Below, one piece after another: positions 46,507-56,212 of a stretch of 64,000 nt of DNA. The notes beneath the pieces are model-generated. The model worked only from the letters and a program-made list of their open reading frames with translations. It did no database searches and had not been told where the DNA came from. The stretch lies in the IMG/VR virus record IMGVR_UViG_3300032288_003533, positions 1 to 64,000 of that record; one strand, given 5' to 3'. Made by a program: the position numbers and the translations under genes. Each line of letters starts with the position of its first letter. Position 1 is the stretch's first letter. Origin of the DNA: a virus.

Positions 46507-47213
46507 TATCTAACTATTTTTCCTTTTATAAATCCAGGTTGAATCATCTTTCTTAATCTATAATTACTAATTTCATCTAAATGGGAAAGATTCAACATTA
46601 TAGATCCATAAACTTTCAACCCTTTTGGTAATGAGGTTAAATCTGTTAGTCTTAAATCCAAATCTCCCCCAACTTTCAATCCTTCAGGTAATGATTGTAT
46701 ATTTTTACAACCAAATAACACCAAATCTTTCCTAACTTCAAGTCCTTCTGGTAATGAAGTTATTTTTGTATTATTTAAAACTAAATGCCCTCCAACTTTC
46801 AATCCTTCTGGTAATGAAGTTATTTTTGTATCATTTAAATACAAATCCCTACCAACTTTCAATCCTTTTGGTAGGAAGGTTATATCTGTATTAGATGACA
46901 ACAAATTACCACCAACTTCCAATCCTTCTGGTAATGAAGTTATTTTTGTTGACCCTAAATTTAAATCACCACCAACTTTCAAACCTTCTGGCAATGAGGT
47001 TATTTTTGATTTTCTTACATCAAAATTACCACCAACTTTTAATCCTTCTGGTAATGAGGTTATTGTTGCTCCATAAAACCACAAATTACCTATAACATCT
47101 AAATCTTCTTTGGTTATTGGCTTATTATTTAATATTTTCCATTTAAATGGTGCTCTATGTTCTCCTTTCTCTTCAAGGAATTCAAATATTCTTTTTAATG
47201 TTTCTTTTTCCAT
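46506..47213 (-). CDS. Short-LRR family protein (array 4, ~9 repeats)
   Basis: Same caps and repeat consensus. Confidence 0.9.
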   Translation of the reverse strand: MEKETLKRIFEFLEEKGEHRAPFKWKILNNKPITKEDLDVIGNLWFYGATITSLPEGLKVGGNFDVRKSKITSLPEGLKVGGDLNLGSTKITSLPEGLEVGGNLLSSNTDITFLPKGLKVGRDLYLNDTKITSLPEGLKVGGHLVLNNTKITSLPEGLEVRKDLVLFGCKNIQSLPEGLKVGGDLDLRLTDLTSLPKGLKVYGSIMLNLSHLDEISNYRLRKMIQPGFIKGKIVR

Positions 47214-47698
47214 TATCTAACTATTTTTCCTTTTATATAACCATCTGAACCAATCATCTTTAATAAAACAGAATCTGAAAGTTTTGCCAATGGTGTTTTT
47301 ATAAGATATAAATTTTCTTCAACTTTCAACCCTTCTGGTAATGATGTTAAACTTGTGCAATTTTCTAAATATAAATAATCCCCAACTTCCAATCCTTCTG
47401 GCAATGATGTTAAACTTGTGCAATTTTCTAAAGATAACTTCCCCCCAACTTTTAACCCTTTTGGTAAGGATGTTAAATTTGTGCAATTATATAAATTTAA
47501 ATAATCTTTAATTTCCAATCCTTCTGGTAATGATGTTATTTTTAAATTTGCCAAATTTAAATTATCTACAATCAAATCATCTTTTGTTAATGGTTCATTG
47601 AAAAATAATTTCCATCTTAAAGTTCCCTTGTTTTTATTTTTTTTGTTTTCTTTATCTTCAAGAAAATCAAATATTTTTTTTAATGTTTTATTTTCCAT
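47213..47698 (-). CDS. Short-LRR family protein (array 4, ~5 repeats)
   Basis: TAATG-coupled to the upstream 500 aa gene. Confidence 0.9.
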   Translation of the reverse strand: MENKTLKKIFDFLEDKENKKNKNKGTLRWKLFFNEPLTKDDLIVDNLNLANLKITSLPEGLEIKDYLNLYNCTNLTSLPKGLKVGGKLSLENCTSLTSLPEGLEVGDYLYLENCTSLTSLPEGLKVEENLYLIKTPLAKLSDSVLLKMIGSDGYIKGKIVR

Positions 47699-49200
47699 TA
47701 TTTTTTATTTACGATAAAAAAGTGCAATTGTTTTTTGTATGTGGTAATCTCCCCAGCAATTTGAACCTTTAAATCAACAAAGTATTTATTTGGTATTTTA
47801 TCTCTTGTGTCAAAATTAAAATAATATTCATTTGGTGTTCTGTTAAATTCTGTCCAATCTTGAACTTGAACTTGGGTTTCCCCCTCCTTAACATAAACAC
47901 GATAAAATCCTTTAATGTTTGTTAATAATTCACTTGTGCTATATGCTTTTTTAATTATGACCCCAATCTTTCTAACATCAGTATTGAGTATTTTTTCCCC
48001 TTGCATAATGTTATAGAAATCAAAATTATATGTTTCACTTTCTGTTGTTTTTGTTCCAGTTTTAATTCTGTTATTCATACCATATAGTATAAATTCATTT
48101 TCAACATTAGGTAATGTAATTCCATTTAAGGTCATCCCACTCCAAACATCAGTAAACACCATAGGTGTTGTATATCCACTAAATGAATTTGGTACAGATA
48201 CTTCATAAACTCCCTTGGTTATTAATCTTGTTGGTAAGTTTGCACAACCAACAACAACATCCCCATCATTGTCAAATATATTAACAATTGGATTATTATC
48301 CAAATTTGAGTATGAATCTTCATCTGTTACATAAAGATATAATTTATTTATCCTATTCTTAACAAAATTATTTCTATCATCCTTAATCAAATCATCATAA
48401 GTTGTTAATAAATAAGGTTCATAAAATGTCTGGGTATGCCTTGAAAAGAAGCCAACAGAATAGCTTTCTGTTAAGCCTGTTGCGTTTTCATAAGATGGGG
48501 GATATGCAATACCCCAACCAGAATAAGATGTGGTAGAGCCACTTAAAATGTCATTTATTTCATTTGTCATATCAAATGAAATATCTTCATTACCAAATTC
48601 AAAATGTTGGGTATCAATAATGGTTAATCCAGAATAATTAACATTTCCATTATTTTTATTGTTATAAATCCCAGATTCTGTCCAACCACTTATTGTTTTA
48701 CCACTAAACCAATTGGAGGGAGTATCAGCAAATGAATTATCATCTTTAATAACCAAAGGGTATTTTGCCCCGGATCCAGAATTAAGATTTTTTGAATAAT
48801 TTGTATAATCATATCCAACACCTTCATCCCAATACTGAACATAACCAGTATTACCACTGCTCAATGGTATTCTAAATAAAACCAAATCAAAAGAAGATGC
48901 CCTACGTTTTTGGCTTGGCATTTTTCCATTTAATAAAGATTCATCAAAAGATGCTGTATTTTTTAATACTAATGTGTGTGTAACACTTGATAATGAACCA
49001 CTAAATATGATATCATCATTGACTTTATCAATTAGGGGTTGTAAATTTAAATCAAATATTAGCCTTGTTGGACCATATGCTGGAATTAAATAATCTGTTG
49101 CACCATAAGTTAACTCAATAACAGGGTTTCTACCTGTATTTGTTTTTGAATTTGCAATTAAAGTGTTATTTCTATTAAAATAAGATAGATGAATTGACAT
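47698..49200 (-). CDS. Putative virion structural protein
   Basis: 500 aa, beta-rich (WDEGVGYDY, GFFSRHTQTFYEPYL). Next to the gp5-like gene, with a TATTTATT motif upstream. Confidence 0.6.
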   Translation of the reverse strand: MSIHLSYFNRNNTLIANSKTNTGRNPVIELTYGATDYLIPAYGPTRLIFDLNLQPLIDKVNDDIIFSGSLSSVTHTLVLKNTASFDESLLNGKMPSQKRRASSFDLVLFRIPLSSGNTGYVQYWDEGVGYDYTNYSKNLNSGSGAKYPLVIKDDNSFADTPSNWFSGKTISGWTESGIYNNKNNGNVNYSGLTIIDTQHFEFGNEDISFDMTNEINDILSGSTTSYSGWGIAYPPSYENATGLTESYSVGFFSRHTQTFYEPYLLTTYDDLIKDDRNNFVKNRINKLYLYVTDEDSYSNLDNNPIVNIFDNDGDVVVGCANLPTRLITKGVYEVSVPNSFSGYTTPMVFTDVWSGMTLNGITLPNVENEFILYGMNNRIKTGTKTTESETYNFDFYNIMQGEKILNTDVRKIGVIIKKAYSTSELLTNIKGFYRVYVKEGETQVQVQDWTEFNRTPNEYYFNFDTRDKIPNKYFVDLKVQIAGEITTYKKQLHFFIVNKK

Positions 49201-49218
49201 TTTTTTATTTAATAAATA

Positions 49219-50721
49219 TCAATTAATTCTAATTTTTTTGCTTAATATTTTTCTTGTGGCCAATGATAATTCCTTTAATAAATTATCTATTGTTGATCCA
49301 TCTTCTGTAACAGAAACTGGAGGTAACCCCGGAAATGGATGTGCATGAGTTATTAAAAATCTAACAATTAAATTTAACAATTCTAACAATTCTTCACCTC
49401 TAACAGATGAAGATGTATTTGGGTATATACTATCAATTATTTTCTCTTGGGTAATTCCATACATAGTATCATTCAAATCTATTTTAGTTTTATTTGGTGC
49501 TGGTTCTGAATTGTGAGATAATAAATAAATATCATCAGCCCCAATTAGAGTTGATGTATTTACTTCATTAAGTATTTTAGTTTCAACTATTTTGGATAAT
49601 TCATTTAATGTTGGTATCTTGGTGTTACCTTTTGAATATATAAATCCATATCCACCTATTTTAGAAAATTTATCAAATTTTATTTGATTGTTAATATCAA
49701 TTAAATTTTGAGAAGGTAATTTTCCATAAGTATTATTTAATCTTAATTGTGTTGCAAATCCAGGTCTAAAAAATATGGGGTATTTAATTTCATTTTCCAA
49801 AAATAATTGTGTCCCATCATCTAATTTTAGAATATTATCACAATCAAAAATAAATTTATTTATAAATGCTATTGCATCTGATTTTGGTAAACCATTAAAA
49901 GATGCTCTAGCTCTAATTGATTTTAAATCATCAATAGAACTATTTACATTAATTTTATCTATGTTTACTTTTTCATTTTGTTTTAATGAATATAAATTTA
50001 TCACTCCATTAAAATTTTCTGTTGCATCTGGATTTTGAATAATCCATTCAATTAGAAATTTTGTAGATAAAACTTTATTTCTTTCAAATTCAAAATCAAC
50101 ATTTGGTAAAACAACTTTGCGTGTATCATATTTGGAAACTTGAATAAAGGATCTATTTTCATTTGGTGTTGGAAATTCTTTGGGGTTTAATTCTCCCTTA
50201 TATTTACCCGAACGTATTATAACATCATTATCTTTAACAACAACATCAGATGTTCCTCTACCTACAATTCCAGCATCTTGGGGTTCAATAAATAAACCCT
50301 TTGTTTTTAATTTTCTATAAGACCCATCTAAATTTTTTAAACTTAAATTTTTTATATATCTTCTTCCTGAACCTTTATTAATTTTTCCTTCAGTTGAACT
50401 ATTCAAAGATGCTCTCATTGGGGAAGTAAAATCTGATTGTATATAATATTGGTCATCAAATCTGTAATCTTTATTTGAGAAGATAACTAAAACTAGTTCT
50501 CCAACAACTAAAGGTGAACTAAGATAATAAGGTAACAAAGGTTTAAATATAAAAGGATCTCTAGGTCCCCATATATCTTTTTTAATATCAAAAGGTGGAT
50601 TTGTAATTGAATTTAATATTGCCTCATTTCTATCAGATTCAATTGTTGCTCTAATGCGTCCAACCATATCTGGATCATCAATATGTGTAATTATTGCTGG
50701 AAATAATATTCTATTATCCAT
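49219..50721 (-). CDS. Baseplate hub/spike protein (gp5/gpV-like)
   Basis: N-terminal OB-fold pattern IDDPDMVGRIRA...P..GELVLVIF, GRGTSD beta region, and C-terminal HAH (HxH metal-binding tip). Confidence 0.7.
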   Translation of the reverse strand: MDNRILFPAIITHIDDPDMVGRIRATIESDRNEAILNSITNPPFDIKKDIWGPRDPFIFKPLLPYYLSSPLVVGELVLVIFSNKDYRFDDQYYIQSDFTSPMRASLNSSTEGKINKGSGRRYIKNLSLKNLDGSYRKLKTKGLFIEPQDAGIVGRGTSDVVVKDNDVIIRSGKYKGELNPKEFPTPNENRSFIQVSKYDTRKVVLPNVDFEFERNKVLSTKFLIEWIIQNPDATENFNGVINLYSLKQNEKVNIDKINVNSSIDDLKSIRARASFNGLPKSDAIAFINKFIFDCDNILKLDDGTQLFLENEIKYPIFFRPGFATQLRLNNTYGKLPSQNLIDINNQIKFDKFSKIGGYGFIYSKGNTKIPTLNELSKIVETKILNEVNTSTLIGADDIYLLSHNSEPAPNKTKIDLNDTMYGITQEKIIDSIYPNTSSSVRGEELLELLNLIVRFLITHAHPFPGLPPVSVTEDGSTIDNLLKELSLATRKILSKKIRIN

Positions 50722-50944
50722 TTTGTCTACTATTATATTCTTTTAGTATTATAGTATACAACTCTTCTATTTTATCTAATTTATGTGTTAAGTTTATAAC
50801 TATATCTTTAGTGAAATTAAATTCATTATTTAAATAATCAAGAGTATTTGTAATTTCAACATTACTCTTTTCTTTTAACTTTTTTGAAAATTCAATAACA
50901 TTATCAATACTATTTTCCATATTACCCATGTCTTTTTTTGGCAA
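50714..50944 (-). CDS. Small hypothetical coiled-coil protein
   Basis: Fills the gap between 50922 and 49219. The start may be the internal ATG at 50920. Confidence 0.6.
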   Translation of the reverse strand: MPKKDMGNMENSIDNVIEFSKKLKEKSNVEITNTLDYLNNEFNFTKDIVINLTHKLDKIEELYTIILKEYNSRQNG

Positions 50945-52967
50945 AAACTCTACCAGTTAATAATGGATCAATAAATCCATCAACAGCACCATTTGCAATT
51001 TCTTCATTATCCATACCATTTATTATAGATTCAGCAAATAATAAAACTCTATTTGGTGTCCCATCTAATAAGGGTTCGGTAGGTAAACCCAAATTCTGCA
51101 TTTCAGAAATAACATTTATTTTTGCTCTTTCATTTGAAAACCCAGGTAAAAATTGTGCCCCAATCAATAGGGGTGGAGGTATAGGTATTATTGTAGATTT
51201 TGTTAAAATATTTATTGAATTTAATATTTTATTGATGTTGTCAACAACACTTTTACATTTTTTAAAATCAGTTATTGTTGATATAATACCAATTAAACTA
51301 GAACTCAATGCCAATATTATTTGTTTTTGTTTTTTTGTATAATTTTTAAAAACACCCCCAATAACTCTTGATACTATTTTTTTTAATTTACCTTTTAAAA
51401 TATTAAAAAGTTCTTTTATAAAAAGTTCAAGAATTCTTTTTGTTACATTTTGTAAATATGTTTTATATTTTTTTGCAAAAAATTCAGCACTTTCAACAGT
51501 TTCTTTTGTGAAATTATTTATTGATTTTTCATTTTGTTTTATAAATTTTGTTGCTTGATTTTTTAAATCATTATATTTTTTATTAGTTGTTTTTTCAATA
51601 ACTTGACCCAACACCATAATAGGAAATAATACTTTGGGGGAAATTATAGATTCTAATAGTGCATTAACAAATGAAAATAATGTTGAGTTATTGTTAGTTA
51701 AATTATTATTATTTAATACATTTAATACAGAATTTGTTAATTCATCACTTTTTGAGTTTGGCGTTAGTTTATCAAACCCATCAACAATTTCTTTTGCATA
51801 ATCAACTATTATGTCATAATCAATTGGTTGATTAACAACTCCACAATCATCAAAATTTAAAATTTTATTTACATAGTTGTTAATTTTATCATCAATATCC
51901 CTTAACTCTATCTCTGAAAATGTGAAAAAATCATCACTCTCATCATCTAATTCTGGGATTTTGGCAATACCACTAATATCAATACTGTCACTATTGTCAA
52001 AACATTTTCCACAAATTCTTTCAATAAGAATTTTAAATTTAGATTTGTCACTAATTTCTTTGGGGGAACTACTTTGTGTTATATCTGTACCATCTAGTAT
52101 GTAGTTGAATATATTTTTTATTAAATTGTTGAAATCAAAAATATTTATACTTTCATAATAATCAGATATAAATTTACTATAAAAATTAAATTCATCATTA
52201 CCACTTAATAGTGTTACAGCAATAAAGTCCCCACTTTCATTTAAATCATTTTTTTTTGTATATTTAAAATCAAATAATGGTAAACCTGATTTACCATTAT
52301 ATGTTTTATTATACTTCTTATAGAAACTTTCTTCTGGGTTAAGAATCCTGTTATATATTTCATAGTTTAATGGGAAGTCCAAACTCCCACCATAATTTTT
52401 ATACAAATTGTTATTAATAGAATTTTGTATAGATGTTGGACTTGTTTTTTCATAGAAAAAAATTCCACTTGTTGAGTCTGGGTCTTTTTTTAAGTTATTC
52501 CATAAATCTAAATTTTTTATAGGAACATAAATTTGACTTTCAATAGGTATTTTTATGTTAAAATTAGATTTAAAATCAACTATATTTAGTGTTGGAAAAG
52601 TTTGATCATCCCTACAACCTATTAATTTTATGGCCTCTTCTTTTAATATGTTTTTTATTTCTGGAATATTTTTTATAACAATATTAGAGAATGACTTTAA
52701 TAATTTATTGTTTGTATCAGCACCTTCACCATCTATTTTTTTTATAAAAGAGATTAGTTGATTAAATAAAGTGGGTGTTTTATTTTTTTTTAAATTATTA
52801 GGTGAGTTAGAAATCCCAATACTATTATTTATATTAGATACTTTTTTATCAAAAAATATTTGAGCCTGTGCTCTGGCATCTTCAGATGCTTTAGTGCTAC
52901 TTAAATAAGTTGTAAATGCATCAATTTGACTACTAATTTTTTTGTACTCATTTAATAGGCTTGGCAT
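50922..52967 (-). CDS. Large hypothetical protein
   Basis: 681 aa ORF in the same operon as the spike gene. Confidence 0.75.
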   Translation of the reverse strand: MPSLLNEYKKISSQIDAFTTYLSSTKASEDARAQAQIFFDKKVSNINNSIGISNSPNNLKKNKTPTLFNQLISFIKKIDGEGADTNNKLLKSFSNIVIKNIPEIKNILKEEAIKLIGCRDDQTFPTLNIVDFKSNFNIKIPIESQIYVPIKNLDLWNNLKKDPDSTSGIFFYEKTSPTSIQNSINNNLYKNYGGSLDFPLNYEIYNRILNPEESFYKKYNKTYNGKSGLPLFDFKYTKKNDLNESGDFIAVTLLSGNDEFNFYSKFISDYYESINIFDFNNLIKNIFNYILDGTDITQSSSPKEISDKSKFKILIERICGKCFDNSDSIDISGIAKIPELDDESDDFFTFSEIELRDIDDKINNYVNKILNFDDCGVVNQPIDYDIIVDYAKEIVDGFDKLTPNSKSDELTNSVLNVLNNNNLTNNNSTLFSFVNALLESIISPKVLFPIMVLGQVIEKTTNKKYNDLKNQATKFIKQNEKSINNFTKETVESAEFFAKKYKTYLQNVTKRILELFIKELFNILKGKLKKIVSRVIGGVFKNYTKKQKQIILALSSSLIGIISTITDFKKCKSVVDNINKILNSINILTKSTIIPIPPPLLIGAQFLPGFSNERAKINVISEMQNLGLPTEPLLDGTPNRVLLFAESIINGMDNEEIANGAVDGFIDPLLTGRVFAKKRHG

Positions 52968-52971
52968 AATA

Positions 52972-53337
52972 TTATTTTAATGTGTAATTATTGACTTCAT
53001 TGTCAATATCTTTATCTAATAAATTTTGTAATAATGATTCATCTAAATCAGCAAATGAATATGATGTTTCATCTTTACTCATTTTCTCCCAAATGCTTGA
53101 TTGTAATTTAGATAGACTTAATTTTTTTTCAACACATTCATTTATAATTTTTTGTTGTTTTTCAATAACAGGTCCAATCATAGTCATATCTTCTGGGTCT
53201 TTCAGCATAGCTAACATTTTATTTTGAATGCGTATTGCTGTGGTTCTTTGTTCAACAAGTTCATTATAAATTTCTTGCATTAAATTTAAAATAGAGTCTT
53301 TATTAAATGCAATTTCTTTTTTAAGTGGTCTAGGCAT
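52972..53337 (-). CDS. Hypothetical helical protein
   Basis: 121 aa ORF in operon spacing. Confidence 0.7.
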   Translation of the reverse strand: MPRPLKKEIAFNKDSILNLMQEIYNELVEQRTTAIRIQNKMLAMLKDPEDMTMIGPVIEKQQKIINECVEKKLSLSKLQSSIWEKMSKDETSYSFADLDESLLQNLLDKDIDNEVNNYTLK

Positions 53338-53340
53338 ATA

Positions 53341-54075
53341 CTATATAATTTTATTTACAATAAAAATATAAAGAGATTTGAATTTCTTTAAAGAAACTCT
53401 AATCTCTTTTGTTGTTAAATTTGTCATCTCCCTTAATGACAATAATATTAGATTTTTATTAAATTTTGAATTATCTGTTGATGTAAATATTGTTTCATAT
53501 TTTTCAAACACATCAATTAAAGCTAATCCTAATTTTCTTTCATTATCATTTAAATTTTGAGTATCAACAAAGTCTTTTAATTTTATTGTATATTCTATAA
53601 TTATAGTATCTAAATCTATAACATCATCATCAATACTGTAAACCATATCAGATCTCTCTTCTATTGATGAAGATATGTCTTCATATGATACTTTTCTATT
53701 TATTTCTTTTTGGTCTTTAAGAATTTGACCCATCAGATAATTTTTGCATATTGTACCAAAGTAAGAATATGCTTTTTTATTTTTAGATGGTTTAAATTTA
53801 TCTACTTTGGTCATAAGAAAAGAATGGACATCTGTATGAATATCATTGAAGTCCATATCTTTTCTGTATAATCTATATCGTCTAATTATTGACGATATCA
53901 TCTTATCTAATGGCTTTCTAAGAAATTGATTATATATGTTATTTTTTTCTTGTGTAGTTTCAGCAGTTAGAAAATCAATAACAGCATTTTCTTCTCTGGT
54001 GTCAAAGTAGTTTTCTTTTGGTTTCTTTTTTATTTTCTTAGATTCATTTTCTATAACATCAACTTGACTTATCAT
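53341..54075 (-). CDS. Phage sigma factor, T4 gp55-like (late transcription)
   Basis: NYF...E.AV..F, then KVDKFKPSKNKKAYSYFGTICKNYL, matching the sigma region 2 pattern (F.P.K...A.SYF..I..N) of gp55-like factors. Confidence 0.7.
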   Translation of the reverse strand: MISQVDVIENESKKIKKKPKENYFDTREENAVIDFLTAETTQEKNNIYNQFLRKPLDKMISSIIRRYRLYRKDMDFNDIHTDVHSFLMTKVDKFKPSKNKKAYSYFGTICKNYLMGQILKDQKEINRKVSYEDISSSIEERSDMVYSIDDDVIDLDTIIIEYTIKLKDFVDTQNLNDNERKLGLALIDVFEKYETIFTSTDNSKFNKNLILLSLREMTNLTTKEIRVSLKKFKSLYIFIVNKII

Positions 54076-54881
54076 TAAGATTTTTCAATTTCATATTTTA
54101 TTTCTCTATCTGTTGTGAAAAAATATTCTTTTTTTGCAGTCTGAAGCCAAAATTTAACCTCATCCTCATTTATTTTATCTTTATCAAATTTATAATTCCA
54201 AAAAATAGATCCTTCTCTCAAATTTGTATGTTTATACCCTATTCTAGGTATAGTCATAATTGATGCTTCATTATATGTTAACCTTAATAAAAATTCATAC
54301 CCAAAAGTTAATTTCATAGAAGGTTTAAATCCCCCAATATTAATAAATATATCTTTCTTCATAATAATTCCAGATGTTTGAAAATTTTGGTAATCATGAA
54401 GAATATCATTTGTTAAAATACCCATTTCTTGTGTGAAATTTGCTGCAAAAGTTGCCTCATTTGTGAATCCTGCAAATGATTCTTTTGAATCAACATCAAC
54501 AACAATTGGTAAAAATGTTTTATAATCAGGGTAAACTTCTGCATACTTTTTAAAATTCTTAAACCAAATATTTGAATATTCATCATCAAATTCAAAAAAA
54601 CTAACCCATTCAGATGTTGAATTTTCAACCCCATAATTAACTTGGGCACAATAATTTGGGTCTTTATCCCATACTATTTTCTTAACATTTAAATTTCTAA
54701 AATCAAAATTATTTAAAAATTCAACAAGAGTATCTTCATTTGTGTGTACAATAACTAATTCATCAAAATATTCATATTGATTATCCAAAGATTTAATTGC
54801 TTTTTCAAAAAAAGTATTGAAATCTTTTGCTTTTGATGATTTAATAGGTAGTATAACTGATAGTGATAAGTTTGTACTCAT
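54075..54881 (-). CDS. Glycosyltransferase, GT-A (GT2-like)
   Basis: LSVILPI, QVNYGV...WVSFFEFDD (DXD-like) and IGGF. Confidence 0.8.
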   Translation of the reverse strand: MSTNLSLSVILPIKSSKAKDFNTFFEKAIKSLDNQYEYFDELVIVHTNEDTLVEFLNNFDFRNLNVKKIVWDKDPNYCAQVNYGVENSTSEWVSFFEFDDEYSNIWFKNFKKYAEVYPDYKTFLPIVVDVDSKESFAGFTNEATFAANFTQEMGILTNDILHDYQNFQTSGIIMKKDIFINIGGFKPSMKLTFGYEFLLRLTYNEASIMTIPRIGYKHTNLREGSIFWNYKFDKDKINEDEVKFWLQTAKKEYFFTTDREIKYEIEKS

Positions 54882-54882
54882 T

Positions 54883-55929
54883 TTATATTTTATTTAATTG
54901 TTCTTGAAAAGCATTTATTCTATTTTCAAAATAGTTATTAAAACAATCCAATGTTGCTTTTGTAAATTTATCTTTATTTTGGTATTCTTTTGCTGTTGTT
55001 TCTAATTCATTATATAAGTCTATAGTAATAGAATCTTCAAGCCAATTTTGTATAAATTCAGCAATATAATCAACTAATTTTAGTTTATCTTGAACCCATA
55101 TACCATTTTTATCAGTCATCCATTCTGGAATTAAATCTGGTATTTTACCAATAACTGGAATTCCACAAGACATAGATTCTAATGGGAAAGTACCAAAACC
55201 ACTTATGTCATCTATCCAAACACTTAAAAAACAATTTTTTAATGAATTTGAAAATTCTACATTTGATAACCCTCTCATATCCCTAAATGTGAACCATCTA
55301 AATTGGGGGTATTTTAAATAAAATTGTTTAACTATATTAATGGTATCACTTTGGTCTCTTGTATGCATAGCAATAATTGGCATTGGGGGTAATTTTGGCT
55401 TGTCAAAATTATCAGAAATAAATGGTGTAATTACATCATATGAAATTTTCTTCATATATGAATCAATTTCATTTTTTTGTTTTTCACTTGTTGTTATACA
55501 TTTTAAAAAGCCAAAAGAAGTCCATGCTTGTCCAGGTTGCAATGTTTCCAGAATATATGAATAAGATTGTGCTAAAACAATTTTACCACATGGTAAATCT
55601 TTTATCTGCTCCATAATGAATCCATATATTTCAGGTAGAACAATAAAGTCTTCTGGACTTATTTCTAAATTTTCCCCATCAATAGATTTGTGAGGTAATT
55701 TTGTCATATAACTTTCATCAAGCCAAGAACTAACACCAGTATAGTCTTTTTTTTCATGTAAAATAATAGAATTAAATCCATTATCTTTTAATGCAATAGC
55801 CATATCATAAATATATTTTATAGATGCCCTAGCATTACCTTTTGTATCTTGGGCAACAAAATAAATTCTTGATTGTCTATTTTTTAAAATATTTAAAGAA
55901 TTTTCAATTTTTGGTTTTATATCATTCAT
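54883..55929 (-). CDS. Glycosyltransferase, GT-B (GT4-like)
   Basis: DFIVLPEI and SGFGTFPLESMSCGIPVIG motifs. Confidence 0.75.
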   Translation of the reverse strand: MNDIKPKIENSLNILKNRQSRIYFVAQDTKGNARASIKYIYDMAIALKDNGFNSIILHEKKDYTGVSSWLDESYMTKLPHKSIDGENLEISPEDFIVLPEIYGFIMEQIKDLPCGKIVLAQSYSYILETLQPGQAWTSFGFLKCITTSEKQKNEIDSYMKKISYDVITPFISDNFDKPKLPPMPIIAMHTRDQSDTINIVKQFYLKYPQFRWFTFRDMRGLSNVEFSNSLKNCFLSVWIDDISGFGTFPLESMSCGIPVIGKIPDLIPEWMTDKNGIWVQDKLKLVDYIAEFIQNWLEDSITIDLYNELETTAKEYQNKDKFTKATLDCFNNYFENRINAFQEQLNKI

Positions 55930-55930
55930 A

Positions 55931-56212
55931 TTAATAGTGGTTTATTATTTTTTTGTTTAATAAAGTGTTGAATGCCATTTTAAATGGTATTGTTAAATCT
56001 TTAGCAGAATTTATTCCTAATTTATCATCAATATCATCTGCTTCAGATAATACAACATCTAACATTAATTTTACAAGTTCATATTTAATTATATTTATTT
56101 TTGTTTCAGTTTCACCTGATGTTGATGTTGATGTTTCAACTGAACTCATATCAACATATTTCTCAATAACATCTAAATCAACATAATAATGTTCTCCAAA
56201 TATTTTTAACAT
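55931..56212 (-). CDS. Hypothetical protein
   Basis: 93 aa ORF ending FKMAFNTLL.KKII. Confidence 0.7.
   Translation of the reverse strand: MLKIFGEHYYVDLDVIEKYVDMSSVETSTSTSGETETKINIIKYELVKLMLDVVLSEADDIDDKLGINSAKDLTIPFKMAFNTLLNKKIINHY

Noticed and set aside
15125-47698. Diversity-generating retroelement driving LRR variation
   Set aside because: No reverse transcriptase or non-coding template repeat is seen in the window. The variation includes repeat-number changes and module swaps, and I did not see an adenine-restricted TR/VR pair. A DGR elsewhere in the genome cannot be excluded.
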